A stretch of 6,075 nt of DNA from IMG/VR virus record IMGVR_UViG_3300020030_000065, positions 1 through 6,075 of that record; one strand, written 5' to 3'. Numbering within the stretch: the first letter of the stretch is position 1; every line of letters starts with the position of its first letter. This document shows, one piece after another, positions 5,600 through 6,075 of this stretch. The stretch comes from a virus. Under the pieces are notes generated by a model. That model had not been told where the DNA came from. It made no database searches and saw nothing but the letters and a program-made list of their open reading frames with translations. The translations under genes and the position numbers were made by a program.

Positions 5600-6075
5600 T
5601 TAGACCATACGGTTAAATATATTATTAGCATCATTAAGCTTCTTATGCTTAATCATATCACGACAGAATGTTGCACTACGGAACCTGAGTTGGTCAAGGA
5701 TCTGAATTGTTTCACGTGAAATATTCGACAAGACATCAATCTCTTGCCCGTTCTGAGGCAACGCAAACATACAATCTGAGATTTCAGGGTATTGGGCACG
5801 GATGTTATATGCATCTCGTAGACTTTCATAATTTTTTTTCGTCTCATATTCTATTCCAGTTTTGACGATAAACATAATACGATTGGCATAAGGATCAAGA
5901 TTATCACCGATGGAAGGCAGATGCCAATTCCTAAGAAACTTACTGACATGAAGGAATAGCCGATACAACTTATTAATATAAGATTTAATATCGACATCAG
6001 AAGAACTGTTACAGAGCCGAGTAAGGCACCGAGCATTATGTAATATAATTTCGTCTTCATTGGTTAGGTGATGAT
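5600..6075 (-). CDS. Replication initiator protein (VP4/Rep), C-terminal portion; same gene as 1..1325. Positions 5955-6075 duplicate 1-121
   Basis: The frame ...YINKLYRLF|LHVSKFLRNWHLPSIGDNLDPYANRIMF...NNIFNRMV* is continuous with the 1..1325 frame. On the 5954-bp circle, 1325 + 355 = 1680 nt = 559 aa plus stop. The 122-aa ORF at 5600..5968 is a truncated TTG-start call of this gene. Confidence 0.93.
   Translation of the reverse strand, partial: HHLTNEDEIILHNARCLTRLCNSSSDVDIKSYINKLYRLFLHVSKFLRNWHLPSIGDNLDPYANRIMFIVKTGIEYETKKNYESLRDAYNIRAQYPEISDCMFALPQNGQEIDVLSNISRETIQILDQLRFRSATFCRDMIKHKKLNDANNIFNRMV
5955..6075. repeat. Terminal direct repeat, copy 2 (identical to 1-121)
   Basis: Exact match to the window start. 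The Rep reading frame continues through the junction. Confidence 0.97.

Noticed and set aside
1-6075. Terminal repeats as phage or transposon termini
   Set aside because: The repeat lies inside the rep coding frame, which is continuous only when circularised. It is the overlap of a circular assembly, not a biological terminus.
1-6075. CRISPR array, tRNA, rRNA or IS element
   Set aside because: No regularly spaced repeats, tRNA-like cloverleaf, rRNA core sequence or transposase was seen.

Overview
The window is a complete circular microvirus genome (ssDNA phage, Microviridae; the capsid protein looks like the Bacteroidota-associated, Alpavirinae-like lineage). It was linearised inside the replication gene. 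Bases 1-121 are repeated exactly at 5955-6075, so the circle is 5954 bp. All credible genes are on the minus strand. The order is: AT-rich leader with a Bacteroidota-type promoter candidate, 64-aa ORF, 27-aa hydrophobic peptide, 102-aa M15-type peptidase, large HUH replication initiator (about 559 aa, broken across the window ends), major capsid protein VP1 (579 aa), 147-aa VP3-like protein, DNA pilot protein VP2 (367 aa), then a roughly 390-nt non-coding region with an unusual GC-rich hairpin cluster. The supplied ORF track misses most of the Rep gene because it runs off the left edge. The best follow-up items are: (1) the mini-peptide/M15 peptidase pair joined by an ATGA overlap, a possible lysis cassette; (2) phiX174-origin-like motifs; (3) a long open alternative frame inside rep, including a strongly hydrophobic 69-aa ORF across the circle junction; (4) the structured GC-rich intergenic element.
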